NCBI GenBank assembly: GCA_003707115.1
Contig: PPNB01000004.1
Coordinates: 186,001 to 250,000, forward strand
Reading direction: 5' to 3'
Length of the DNA stretch: 64,000 nt
From: Tortispora ganteri
Taxonomy: Eukaryota
The first letter of the stretch is position 1, and each line of letters opens with the position of its first letter. A program made the position numbers and the translations under genes. Of this stretch, positions 1 to 9,360 are shown piece after piece. Below the pieces are notes generated by a model. That model did not search any database, was not told the origin of the DNA, and saw only the letters and a list, made by a program, of their open reading frames with translations.

Positions 1-805
1 CACACCGGGAATGTTAAGGGCAATGGCTATCCTCTATCTTGGCCCAAAAAGCTCGCCTGACTTTGAAAATGACTATTTGTTATCACCTGTTAAAGCACCG
101 CTAGAACTTTTGGCGCAATTTCCAAGAACTTATATAATGTGCGGTGAAGTTGATCCACTTGTTGACGATTCAGTACTATTTGCCGGCCGTTTAAAGGAAG
201 CAAAGCTGAGATATCCCGAGCTATCGCCATATAATGCAAAGGATAGCTCTCAAGCCTCAGATATTGAAGATATTGTTAAAGTCATGTTGATTAGAGGGTT
301 TAGTCATGGATTTTTACAACTCTTGCCTTTTCTTCCTGAAGCCAAAATTGCACGAGAAAGATGTCGTGTATGGATCAAAGCGCTATTCGATTTTGCTTCA
401 TCTTATGAATCTGATGACGAGATGGAAGCCTCTGACGATGATTCAATAGACAGTGAAGAATTTGCTCAATTCAAAGAATACACTATGTCGGATATCCAGA
501 GTGAAACTGAAGCTTCCGCTGCGCATTTGAGCACGGCTGAGTCAGATAGAAGTGATGAAGGAAACGAACAGCTTGAATTTTCCAGCAGCAGAAGCCTACT
601 TTCTAAGACCAATACTCCTGAAAGAAGTGATTCACGGAAGGCCGTGAGAATCAGAAAGAATCAGCTTAAGCTGAACCGACATTCCACATGGGAAAAATCG
701 AATATGTTGACAGAAGCCTCGCTATTAGAGAGACGTCTTGCGAATATATCGCAAGATTTAGGGAGCTCTGAAGCTGAATTAAATAGGACAGACAGTCACG
801 ACTAG
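1..805 (+). CDS. Hormone-sensitive-lipase-like alpha/beta hydrolase, C-terminal part (5' end lies outside the window)
   Basis: Frame is open from base 2. Motifs LLSPVKAP, GEVDPLVDDS (catalytic Asp) and HGFL (catalytic His) match the HSL/Abhydrolase_3 family; acidic low-complexity tail. Confidence 0.8.
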   Translation, partial: TPGMLRAMAILYLGPKSSPDFENDYLLSPVKAPLELLAQFPRTYIMCGEVDPLVDDSVLFAGRLKEAKLRYPELSPYNAKDSSQASDIEDIVKVMLIRGFSHGFLQLLPFLPEAKIARERCRVWIKALFDFASSYESDDEMEASDDDSIDSEEFAQFKEYTMSDIQSETEASAAHLSTAESDRSDEGNEQLEFSSSRSLLSKTNTPERSDSRKAVRIRKNQLKLNRHSTWEKSNMLTEASLLERRLANISQDLGSSEAELNRTDSHD

Positions 806-996
806 GCAAGCCACACTGGCACAAAGATCACAGGGAATTTTATTAGTTACATAGCATCCTAATATTAGCGTAAAGAGATTAAACACTCCCATATTTTAGT
901 AGTAAATGATTGAAAAGTTAAGGATGAAATAACAATGCATATATGAGAGAACTATGTTATGATTCAACAACAAAAAATATGAAGTTAAATAGTTTT

Positions 997-2373
997 TTAA
1001 TCTCTAGAGCTTTCCTCATGAAGTTCAAACTCACGCCAGAGGTTACCAGCTGCTATTATGATATTTTCCATGTCGGGGATTGCCGGTACTGCACTTAGAA
1101 ATTCTCGTATTTCAGATTGTTCAAGATTTTCCAGAGTGTCCATAAACGACTTTAGAATAGCCAAACACACAAAGGTCCATTGTTCGTGCAATGCGGGTGG
1201 AGGGCCCAATGAATCAGGCTTATATGACGCAGACCCGTGAACACCATCTGTGATCGGATTAGGATTCCAAAAAGGCTCAGAGAAACCAAACGAATCCAGA
1301 GTAACGGCAAGTGAAGTGTCAAATTCGTCAATATTGTGTGATGAAGGGAAACTATCACGGTGGTTGAAGGCATGGTTATAAGTAGCGGATCCAGAATGAT
1401 CAAAATATTCACGAAGGCCAAAGACCAAATCCCAGCATCGTGCTCTTTCATACGAACGCCAGGCTTTGGCTCCAAACCACTTAATCCACCACAGCAGCCA
1501 TTCATCACCGGAGTTAGCTCTATTGGTGAGGACTTCTTCTTCAGAAAATGAGTCTGACAAATCCCTACATAGAGTTCTGAAGGCCGCAAGGAAAGACGCA
1601 ATGCGCTCAGCTATGGGCGAGTCAAGCGGTCCCTGCGGAGCTGTCACGCCGTGAGTTGGTACGTGAAAAAATACCAGAAGAACTCTCTCAAACACGACAG
1701 GGAATGAGAACAAATCATCAGGAACATTGGTACCAGGTAAGTATGTCATTTCAATAAGGTGTTCAGTATCTTCAGAACGCCGTACGATAAGCCAGTCGGC
1801 GAGAGATAAAGCGACATATACCATTCCACGTTCGTAAGGGATATCTCTACCCCTAACTTCAAGAAACCGCACGACAGCTTCTTCCACTTGTGTATATACG
1901 TATTCGTCATTTGCAGATTCCCAAGGGTCTGTAGGGCTTGATCCACTGGAAGAAGCAGAGCTTTCATTAGTTGACGTTCTCGGAGTGTTTTCACGTTTTA
2001 ATTTGGCTTTATATCTCTCAATTTCAGCTTTTATGCGTTTTCGAGGTATTTCGCAGCCATTGGACAAAGTTGGAGCTGCCGGAGTAGGGTACGCTTCATG
2101 ATGAGGGAATTCTGTAAGTATTGAGGGTAACTTCACGTAGGGGTGATCATTCAGCAGCAAAGGCCATATTAGCCAACGCAGTTTAGTGGGGACACCACAT
2201 CGACGGGCAATTTCAGCAAGCGCACGGCTTTCTCGACGTTCTATGGCTTGTACGCAAAACTGATATATTTCAGGAAATGAATCAACGGTAGGCTTATAGC
2301 GATGTGTAAAACGAGCTGACCTTTTTGGGCTTCCGGAAGGGCTTATATCGCCATTCTCTGAAGAGAAGGCCAT
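997..2373 (-). CDS. OCA5: Oca5-like TBC/Rab-GAP-domain protein
   Basis: 458-aa ORF; LAEIARRCGVPTKLRWLIWPLLL, YERGMVYVALSL and GDEWLLWWIKW..ERARCWD segments resemble yeast Oca5. Confidence 0.7.
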   Translation of the reverse strand: MAFSSENGDISPSGSPKRSARFTHRYKPTVDSFPEIYQFCVQAIERRESRALAEIARRCGVPTKLRWLIWPLLLNDHPYVKLPSILTEFPHHEAYPTPAAPTLSNGCEIPRKRIKAEIERYKAKLKRENTPRTSTNESSASSSGSSPTDPWESANDEYVYTQVEEAVVRFLEVRGRDIPYERGMVYVALSLADWLIVRRSEDTEHLIEMTYLPGTNVPDDLFSFPVVFERVLLVFFHVPTHGVTAPQGPLDSPIAERIASFLAAFRTLCRDLSDSFSEEEVLTNRANSGDEWLLWWIKWFGAKAWRSYERARCWDLVFGLREYFDHSGSATYNHAFNHRDSFPSSHNIDEFDTSLAVTLDSFGFSEPFWNPNPITDGVHGSASYKPDSLGPPPALHEQWTFVCLAILKSFMDTLENLEQSEIREFLSAVPAIPDMENIIIAAGNLWREFELHEESSRD

Positions 2374-2882
2374 TATTTTTGATTTGCTTTGATATAATTT
2401 GTTTGTTCTTGTTTCTGTGGAAATATTTGAATGGAACAGACGGATAAGACACCAGTAGTTAGAATAAAGAATTTAAGCTAGTGAGGATAACTTTCAAGAT
2501 TCAAATCAGCTAGAATGCAAACAAAGGGAAGACTTAGAAAAGTGTTTAATAGCCTTGATAAGTCGTAGATCTTATAACGGAGTATAAAAACCACGAAAAG
2601 TGAAGGAGAAGAATCAGGTGTTAGAGTCAAAAGGACATTGTTCTCTTTCTCTATGGTACTTCTCAGGTTGAACAGTAGCGTGGTATTACTTTTAGGGAGC
2701 AATGTATCAGACAGTAGTGAGTATAAAAGAGGGTTGAACCTATCACGAAGCTAAGTGTAGGAGTTGCTGCAGAAAGAGGGACAAGGAAATAGACCAGCTT
2801 GTAACTCCGCGATGATTATTGGGTGTATCGCAGGGGGAGGATGCGACGAGCAAAATCAATATCTTCCTTATAGCTAAGAAGG

Positions 2883-2982
2883 NNNNNNNNNNNNNNNNNN
2901 NNNNNNNNNNNNNNNNNNNNNNNNNNNNNNNNNNNNNNNNNNNNNNNNNNNNNNNNNNNNNNNNNNNNNNNNNNNNNNNNNN
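2883..2982. other. Assembly gap (100 N)
   Basis: Run of exactly 100 N (placeholder length), flanked by G runs. Confidence 0.99.
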
Positions 2983-3202
2983 GGGGATGAAGGGGGGGGC
3001 CTCTTTAATCAATATGTCTAACCCTCAATGGTTAACGGCAAGCAATATCTAGTGCACTCATAATATTCGTAAAATATTATTTAAAGCAATAATATATTTT
3101 CACAGAATCACAACGATTAAATGTCTATTAAATGGTCAATTTCTGTGGGTTGATAGGCACTGTTACGCTTCTTACTTAAACTTTCCGATTAACGGCTGTA
3201 TT

Positions 3203-3441
3203 AAAACCCTACTGAGTGTAGGAGCAGAGCTGAACCTAGTAAAACTGCTAATCTCGCAACAAAGATGCATCATACACTGCAAATTATTTACATATTTCTA
3301 GTTCAACAAGTAGAAATAGTATAGACAAATATTTATATAAAACTTAGAAACCCTAGGTTGTGAAATTTAGTAAACCTAAGTAACATGAAACCCTGAACTA
3401 AATAGCAGTCACGATAAGCTGGGTAGAAGCACCACCCTAAA
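3203..3441 (+). promoter_or_regulatory. RPL24 promoter with repeated Tbf1/Homol-E-like ACCCTA motifs and a Homol-D-like CAGTCAC
   Basis: AAAACCCTA 3203, AAACCCTAG 3348, AAACCTAA 3372, AAACCCTGA 3388, ACCCTAAA 3434; CAGTCAC at 3406-3412. Confidence 0.5.
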
Positions 3442-3518
3442 CACCCAAGCAAGTATACAGTTAACTCCCTTAGAGACCTTCACAAGTCAACACATCTATC
3501 CATCTAAACTATTCAATA

Positions 3519-3971
3519 ATGAAATTAGAGATTGATTCATTTTCAGGCGGACGTATTTACCCCGGTCGTGGCAGACTCTTTGTACGTGGAGACTCCAAGG
3601 TCTTCCGTTTCTTCTCTTCTAAGACCAACTCTTTGTTCTTGCAACGAAAGAACCCCAGACAAGTGTCCTGGACCGTCTTGTACCGCCGCATGCACAAGAA
3701 AGGTATCACTGAGGAAGTCGCTAAGAAGCGTGCCCGTAAGGTCATTAAGAAACAGCGTGCCATTGTTGGTGCTTCCCTTGATGTCATTAAGGAGCGACGA
3801 TCTGTTCGCGCTGAAGGCCGCAAGACCGGCAACCGCGAACAAGCCAACAAAGATAAAAAGGAAAAGAAAGCCGCCGACCAAGCCCGCAAGAGAGCTTTGA
3901 AGGCTCAACAAGCTTCTCAGGCTGCTCAAGGAAAGGGCAGCAAGATGCAAGCTAAGGGCACTGGCCGTTAA
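3519..3971 (+). CDS. RPL24: 60S ribosomal protein L24 (eL24)
   Basis: MKLEIDSFSG..IYPGRG..FVRGDSKVFRF, RKNPR..WTVLYRRMHKKGITEE; strongly biased codons; no intron. Confidence 0.97.
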   Translation: MKLEIDSFSGGRIYPGRGRLFVRGDSKVFRFFSSKTNSLFLQRKNPRQVSWTVLYRRMHKKGITEEVAKKRARKVIKKQRAIVGASLDVIKERRSVRAEGRKTGNREQANKDKKEKKAADQARKRALKAQQASQAAQGKGSKMQAKGTGR

Positions 3972-4215
3972 ATTTGTCATTAGCGTGTTCATATAGGGTG
4001 TGCACATTCCCATTTTTCTTACGATTTTTTTCTTATCATCCTTACCTCTACATGATGTCTATGTCTTTAGCCATTGTTGTCCTTTAACTGCTCATTGGTT
4101 CTCTTTTCTTTACGTGTTATGTTAAGTGTAATCAATGCAAGATACTCACTCCTAGTCACATTACTTGTAGACATATAACTTATATGCCGGAAAGGTTCTT
4201 CTTCATATATGAATT

Positions 4216-4707
4216 CTAGTGTTCAACTCTCCGAGTCATCATGACACCTGTTTTCTGAAATCCACACTTTTCATAGAATCCTACGTTATCTTCAGAGCAG
4301 TCTAGAATTGTTTTATAACATCCTAAATGCTCAGATATGCTAGTGAGTGTCTTGATCAATGTTAGCCCCAGCTTCTTGCCTTGTTCGCTCTTTGCCACTG
4401 CAATATCCTCAATGTGCCCTATCGATCCACAATTATGAATCAATTTCTTTTCTATAATTAAAGATCCAACTGAAACAATATCTCCAATATCATTTTCTAT
4501 TACTAATACGTAATAAGTGTCTTTATGTGATACCCATGACTCGTAAACCTTTTCGAAGGCTTCACGTGTAACATCTCCGACAGTAGTAAGCACGCGCAAC
4601 ACCTCCACTGCACCAAAATCGGTCTTATATATAGGTCTAATTTTATAACCTGAAGGTAAAGATTCTATAAATTCATTACTAATGAGATTTGCATCAAATA
4701 ATGCCAT
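4216..4707 (-). CDS. GNA1: Glucosamine-6-phosphate N-acetyltransferase
   Basis: VLRVLTTVG, IEKKLIH..GHIEDIAV..QGKKLG, GCYKTILDC..NVGFYEKCGF. Confidence 0.96.
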   Translation of the reverse strand: MALFDANLISNEFIESLPSGYKIRPIYKTDFGAVEVLRVLTTVGDVTREAFEKVYESWVSHKDTYYVLVIENDIGDIVSVGSLIIEKKLIHNCGSIGHIEDIAVAKSEQGKKLGLTLIKTLTSISEHLGCYKTILDCSEDNVGFYEKCGFQKTGVMMTRRVEH

Positions 4708-4906
4708 TTTTGAATGGTTATTGCGATTGTTCAGACAAAAACTAGAGTTTATTACTCAGAAACACGCGTAACTTATCTCGTTTATATTGAGCATTAAAAT
4801 AGTTACATTATGGTAAATTTGAAGAAACTAGAAATGAAAATAATAATGAAATTAATAATTACAGATGCAGTGTAATTAATGCAATTAAACCCGAATATTA
4901 TGATAA

Positions 4907-6937
4907 TTAGCGATACTCGAATTCGGTCGGATCAAGATCAAACGCAGAGTCTCCAAAAACAGCTTCATCTTTAAACTCCAAATCCTCCAGTTCTTCTTGC
5001 GTTTGCGGGCTATTCGGTTCCTGTGAAACTGAAATTGTCTTGCTCTTATCAATAGCAAATCGTTGTTTATCGTTAGGAAATGCTGCTTTCTTAAATTCTT
5101 CCCATTCTTTCACTTTCTGCGAATCAAAGTACTCATCGTAGATCTTTTGGCCCTTGTCGTCTGCATCATTCACAGGAATAGAAAATTGAAACTCCTTTTC
5201 GTCAAAGCCGCTGTGATCATTCCTTTCATTCTCCAGATTCTTTTGTTTCGAGTTGCCCTCCGGTATTTTTATTTCACTGGCTAAGAAATCATCTTCACTA
5301 TTTGCAACATTATGCCGGTCCATCCCTCTGAATTCGTCTTCAAATTCATATCCATAGCTCACGCGTGAATTCTCATTCTCTGGAGCCCAATGTGATTCTG
5401 TCTTCTTTCGCGCTGATTCGTGCTTAATATTTGCATCAATTGGACCTTCTGAACTGCTCTTCTTATCAGAATTAACCCCGATATTGTGGGAGTCAATTTT
5501 GTATTCTTTCTCAGAGTTAGCAGGAGAAGCGCCTTGGCTATTGGCGCTAGGTCCTACGGCAATATCAGGTGCAGGGACAGGGGCAGGAACTTGCACATTT
5601 TCTCTGCCAGCAGCTTTAATATCAGCAAATGTAGTTGCCGGCAGTGCAGCTACTGAAGATGAAGATAAAGCATGAGTAGATGCTAGAACAGCAAATGTAC
5701 TGTTGCGCGTTTTGAGTTTAGCTTTAGATGCTTCAAAGGGCGCAGCGTCGTGGGCTTCATCGCTCGGCAGATTCTTGTTTACTTGGGCAAAATTCTCATG
5801 CTGTTTTTCAAATGATTCCACTGCAGCAATAACGTCCTTAGCATTTGAATTTTTAGAAGGGGCCTTAACTCCATTAAGAATCAATTCAGCACCCAAAGTA
5901 ACAGGCAACGGAATGTTAGCTGATATTGCTCCATACGTCTCAATGCAATATATGGGACGAATCCTTGGAGCAGGCAAAGATTTTGGCAAATCAAAATGCT
6001 GAAACCTCCGCAGTAAGTTATAGAAATCTTTGTGCAGTGTGACATCCGAGGTTTCGTGATCAATATCGACTAATCCACGTCCATTGATTTCCCTAGAGTA
6101 TTGGAAAGCTATAGCGCCAGCGAAGAACGGTTCTTTAGTGTTGCATCCTACAGTGAAGTCAATAAAACTTTGTGGAGCAAAAGAGTCACAACCAATATTT
6201 CCAAGAATTATAGGAACAGTAAATCCAGAAAGGGGTTTTCGCAGTTCTTCGAAACGAGTTTTGTATGTCTCTTCATTTACGCATTCTCGGTCATTCTGAA
6301 GAATCACGAAATCGACACTATCAAAATCCTCACCGCACTCTAGATACCTGATTATATCCAAAGAGTTTGGTTGAATCATAGAGGCAGAAAATCCGACCAG
6401 TAGTTTTTGTTTAATGTTCTGGAATATATAATGTTTTAAATCTCGTATGAGGGCTTTGATCGTAGATGCGTCTATCGAATCGATAAAGTCTCTAGATTCG
6501 GCCAGCACTCCCATAACGTTAGAATATTGAGATAATTCTTCAATGCTTTCAAACATATATTTGAGATAATTTTTAGTGTATAAAGCAGATTTGCTTTTTG
6601 TAGATGATTTCACTATCGGTGATATATCAACGAGGACCTGTATGCCAGCTTCTTTTAAAAGATTCATGCAGACTGCATGATCCAGATAAGGATCAAAGTA
6701 GTCTACGCGGATCAAATTAATACCAAGAAACTGTAAAGTTTGTACATCACGTTTGCAGGCATCAGAATTAGCTAGCGGATCGTTAGGGCTAGATAAAGTA
6801 GGAGGGCCACCTGGCGAATAAACCACACCTTTTAATGTTACAGTTCCTCCAGTTCTAGAATCTGAAAAAAAGTTGCCTTCACGCACTATGAAAGCTGAGG
6901 CTGCCGAGCAGGCGAGTAGATGAAGGAACAAGATCAT
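4907..6937 (-). CDS. GH72 (Gas/Gel) beta-1,3-glucanosyltransferase-like protein, degenerate active site, long acidic C-terminal extension
   Basis: Signal peptide; KGVVYSPGG, DPLANSDACKRD, LGINLIRV, LDHAVCMNLLKEAGI, KALIRDLKHYI are GH72 motifs. The catalytic-Glu motifs are altered (see findings). Confidence 0.85.
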   Translation of the reverse strand: MILFLHLLACSAASAFIVREGNFFSDSRTGGTVTLKGVVYSPGGPPTLSSPNDPLANSDACKRDVQTLQFLGINLIRVDYFDPYLDHAVCMNLLKEAGIQVLVDISPIVKSSTKSKSALYTKNYLKYMFESIEELSQYSNVMGVLAESRDFIDSIDASTIKALIRDLKHYIFQNIKQKLLVGFSASMIQPNSLDIIRYLECGEDFDSVDFVILQNDRECVNEETYKTRFEELRKPLSGFTVPIILGNIGCDSFAPQSFIDFTVGCNTKEPFFAGAIAFQYSREINGRGLVDIDHETSDVTLHKDFYNLLRRFQHFDLPKSLPAPRIRPIYCIETYGAISANIPLPVTLGAELILNGVKAPSKNSNAKDVIAAVESFEKQHENFAQVNKNLPSDEAHDAAPFEASKAKLKTRNSTFAVLASTHALSSSSVAALPATTFADIKAAGRENVQVPAPVPAPDIAVGPSANSQGASPANSEKEYKIDSHNIGVNSDKKSSSEGPIDANIKHESARKKTESHWAPENENSRVSYGYEFEDEFRGMDRHNVANSEDDFLASEIKIPEGNSKQKNLENERNDHSGFDEKEFQFSIPVNDADDKGQKIYDEYFDSQKVKEWEEFKKAAFPNDKQRFAIDKSKTISVSQEPNSPQTQEELEDLEFKDEAVFGDSAFDLDPTEFEYR

Positions 6938-7017
6938 AACGAGTAATGTGCAAACAGAAAAGAAATGAAAAAAGACACCAGTTAGAGTAAATATATTAAG
7001 TAGGATCTAAAGTGCAG

Positions 7018-7026
7018 GGCACAAAA
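7018..7026 (+). promoter_or_regulatory. Possible Ndt80 middle-sporulation element (gNCRCAAAW) upstream of the GH72 gene
   Basis: GGCACAAAA about 80 bp upstream of the GH72 ATG; short motif that can occur by chance. Confidence 0.35.
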
Positions 7027-7162
7027 ACAAGGGTCGTATCATCTGTTGTCTAAAGAAGATCGGCCCTATAAGATCTCCCCTCTTATAAGGGTTTAAAAGG
7101 GTGTTTGTTGTTCGGCGTAAACAAGTGAAAAGAAGGAACCACGTGCAGACAATTTTTATAGA

Positions 7163-7459
7163 TTATTTCGAGAAGTATTTTGAGTACCATTTAGCTTTAT
7201 TTGTTTCAACTACTTCTGTAAGAGGCTCACTTGTTAGGTTTGCTTCAGTAGTGTATGTTTTTGGATCATAGAGTTGTGTTTCAGTGAGACCTTTAGATTC
7301 CAAGTATGAATCTTTCGTATACATTCTAAATTTCTTGTGGTTCTCATTATTTGGTAATTTTCTAATTAGAGGTTCATCTACAAACCAGCTTATACCAATA
7401 TAACCGCCTACACCAAAACCCAGGGTGGCGACTATCATTTTCGTAGCTAATGAAGACAT
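7163..7459 (-). CDS. Hypothetical 98-aa protein with one N-terminal hydrophobic segment
   Basis: ATG at 7459 (MSSLATKMIVATLGFGVGGYIGISWFV...). The ORF fills the gap between the GH72 promoter and SRP101; no family recognised. Confidence 0.55.
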   Translation of the reverse strand: MSSLATKMIVATLGFGVGGYIGISWFVDEPLIRKLPNNENHKKFRMYTKDSYLESKGLTETQLYDPKTYTTEANLTSEPLTEVVETNKAKWYSKYFSK

Positions 7460-7499
7460 GGTACCGGAATGATGTCGAAAGTCAAATTGTGACACAACC

Positions 7500-9164
7500 A
7501 TGATTGAGGATTTTGTAGTATTTACAAGAAGCGGATTAGTGCTATGGCGAAAATCAGTTGATGATAACAATCGCATAATAAATCAATTTATTAAAGATAT
7601 TTTAATAAGTAATTCTGTCGTTTCTGAATTTAGATATGATGGCTATTCAGTGCAATATGCAACCATTAATGATCTTGACGTTGTTATTGCTGTTATTTAT
7701 CAGTCACAATTGTCCCCGAGCTATGTACCTCAACTTCTATCCAAAACAAAATCATTGTTTATCAAATATTTCGCTGAACAAATAAAAGAAGAGAATTTTG
7801 ATCTAGATTTCTCTTTACATTTCGATGTATGCTATAATGCTTTAATCGACACAGATGAACAACCGAGTGAACAGTTAAATAATGATACAGAGCTTGAACG
7901 TCCAAAACACAAAAAGCGCGGCGGTAAAAAGCTGAAAAAGAAATCAGAATTAAGCGATTCCAGCCAAAAGTCAACAAAATTACTCCGTAAATGGAACATA
8001 GATGGGTCTTTTGGTACATCTGATGTCGATTCATCTGACTTAGATCTCTCAAAAGAGTCTACTCCCGGCCCACAGTCCAACGTTTCCCTTAATATCAATA
8101 TAGACAAAAACTGGGGCGATATAAAAGGTGAAGATTTCATTGTTAGAGATCTTGTTAATGATATAATGAATGACGACTCAGATCAGGATCTCCAAGAATC
8201 AAATAAGACAACGTCTTCCGGTATCTTAAGCTCCGTCACATCTTTATTCGGCAGCAGTGTCACTGATAGTGATATAGATGCGGCATTGTCTACGTTGAAA
8301 GATAGGCTTATTAAAAAGAATGTTACCTCTGAAGTAGCTGACTCGCTATGTGAATCTGTTAAATCCTCAATATCAGGAACTTCCAAAAAGGCGTTTACCA
8401 GATCAGATACTATTGTGACCAATGCTATGGAGCAGAGTTTGAAAAAAGTCTTAACCCCGTCTACTTCAATTGACTTACTCCACGATATCAAGTCCAAAAT
8501 AAAAGGCGGCTCTACAAAAACTCCTTATGTTTTGTCTGTTGTCGGCGTTAACGGTGTCGGTAAGTCAACCAGTTTGTCGAAGGTAGCATACTGGCTGTTG
8601 CAGAATAAAATGAAAATACTGATTGCTGCTTGCGACACTTTTAGATCAGGCGCGGTGGAACAATTACGAGTTCATGTTTCCAGTCTCAAAGAGCTATGCA
8701 GTCGCGACCCAACTCATACTGGTGATATTGATATTTTTGAACAAGGGTATGGTAAGGATGCCGCAATTACTGCCCGTGACGCTGTTTCATATGGTGCTAA
8801 AAATGGGTACGATGTTGTACTCATTGACACAGCAGGCCGTAGACATAACGATCAACGCTTGATGTCTTCATTGGAGAAATTCGCTACTCTTGCCAAACCC
8901 GATAAGATTATAATGGTTGCTGAAGCGCTTGTAGGCACAGATGCGGTGCAACAAGCCAAAAACTTTAATAATGCTTTTGGACCTTCCAGGAATGTTGATT
9001 ATTTCTTAATCTCTAAGTGCGATACGGTTGGAGATATGTTAGGCACGATGGTTAACATGACTTATACCACTCGGATACCTATAATATTCGTCGGGACGGG
9101 ACAAATGTATACTGACCTAAGGACATTGTCTGTTCAATGGGCTGTTTCCAAACTATTGGCATAA
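7500..9164 (+). CDS. SRP101: Signal recognition particle receptor alpha subunit
   Basis: N-terminal longin (FVVFTRSGLVLW); NG GTPase motifs GVNGVGKSTS, DTFRSGAVEQL, DTAGR, GTGQ.Y.DL. Confidence 0.97.
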   Translation: MIEDFVVFTRSGLVLWRKSVDDNNRIINQFIKDILISNSVVSEFRYDGYSVQYATINDLDVVIAVIYQSQLSPSYVPQLLSKTKSLFIKYFAEQIKEENFDLDFSLHFDVCYNALIDTDEQPSEQLNNDTELERPKHKKRGGKKLKKKSELSDSSQKSTKLLRKWNIDGSFGTSDVDSSDLDLSKESTPGPQSNVSLNINIDKNWGDIKGEDFIVRDLVNDIMNDDSDQDLQESNKTTSSGILSSVTSLFGSSVTDSDIDAALSTLKDRLIKKNVTSEVADSLCESVKSSISGTSKKAFTRSDTIVTNAMEQSLKKVLTPSTSIDLLHDIKSKIKGGSTKTPYVLSVVGVNGVGKSTSLSKVAYWLLQNKMKILIAACDTFRSGAVEQLRVHVSSLKELCSRDPTHTGDIDIFEQGYGKDAAITARDAVSYGAKNGYDVVLIDTAGRRHNDQRLMSSLEKFATLAKPDKIIMVAEALVGTDAVQQAKNFNNAFGPSRNVDYFLISKCDTVGDMLGTMVNMTYTTRIPIIFVGTGQMYTDLRTLSVQWAVSKLLA

Positions 9165-9360
9165 GCGAAATTATTATTTTATTTATTTGACTTTCCTGAA
9201 TGATTTTTTAGTGCAATAATTTTGCGGTATGCGTGTGAGGATTTAAAATCATGTTGAAAATCTGTTACATTACCCGAGTTCGCATATTTTTGTTTTGGGA
9301 GCTTATATGAATCATTGTTTACTTCACTCACCTTTGTTGTTATTATGAACCATATACCGA

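Noticed and set aside
2478..3052. Short ORFs around and across the N gap
   Set aside because: Artefacts of translating through Ns or AT-rich promoter sequence.
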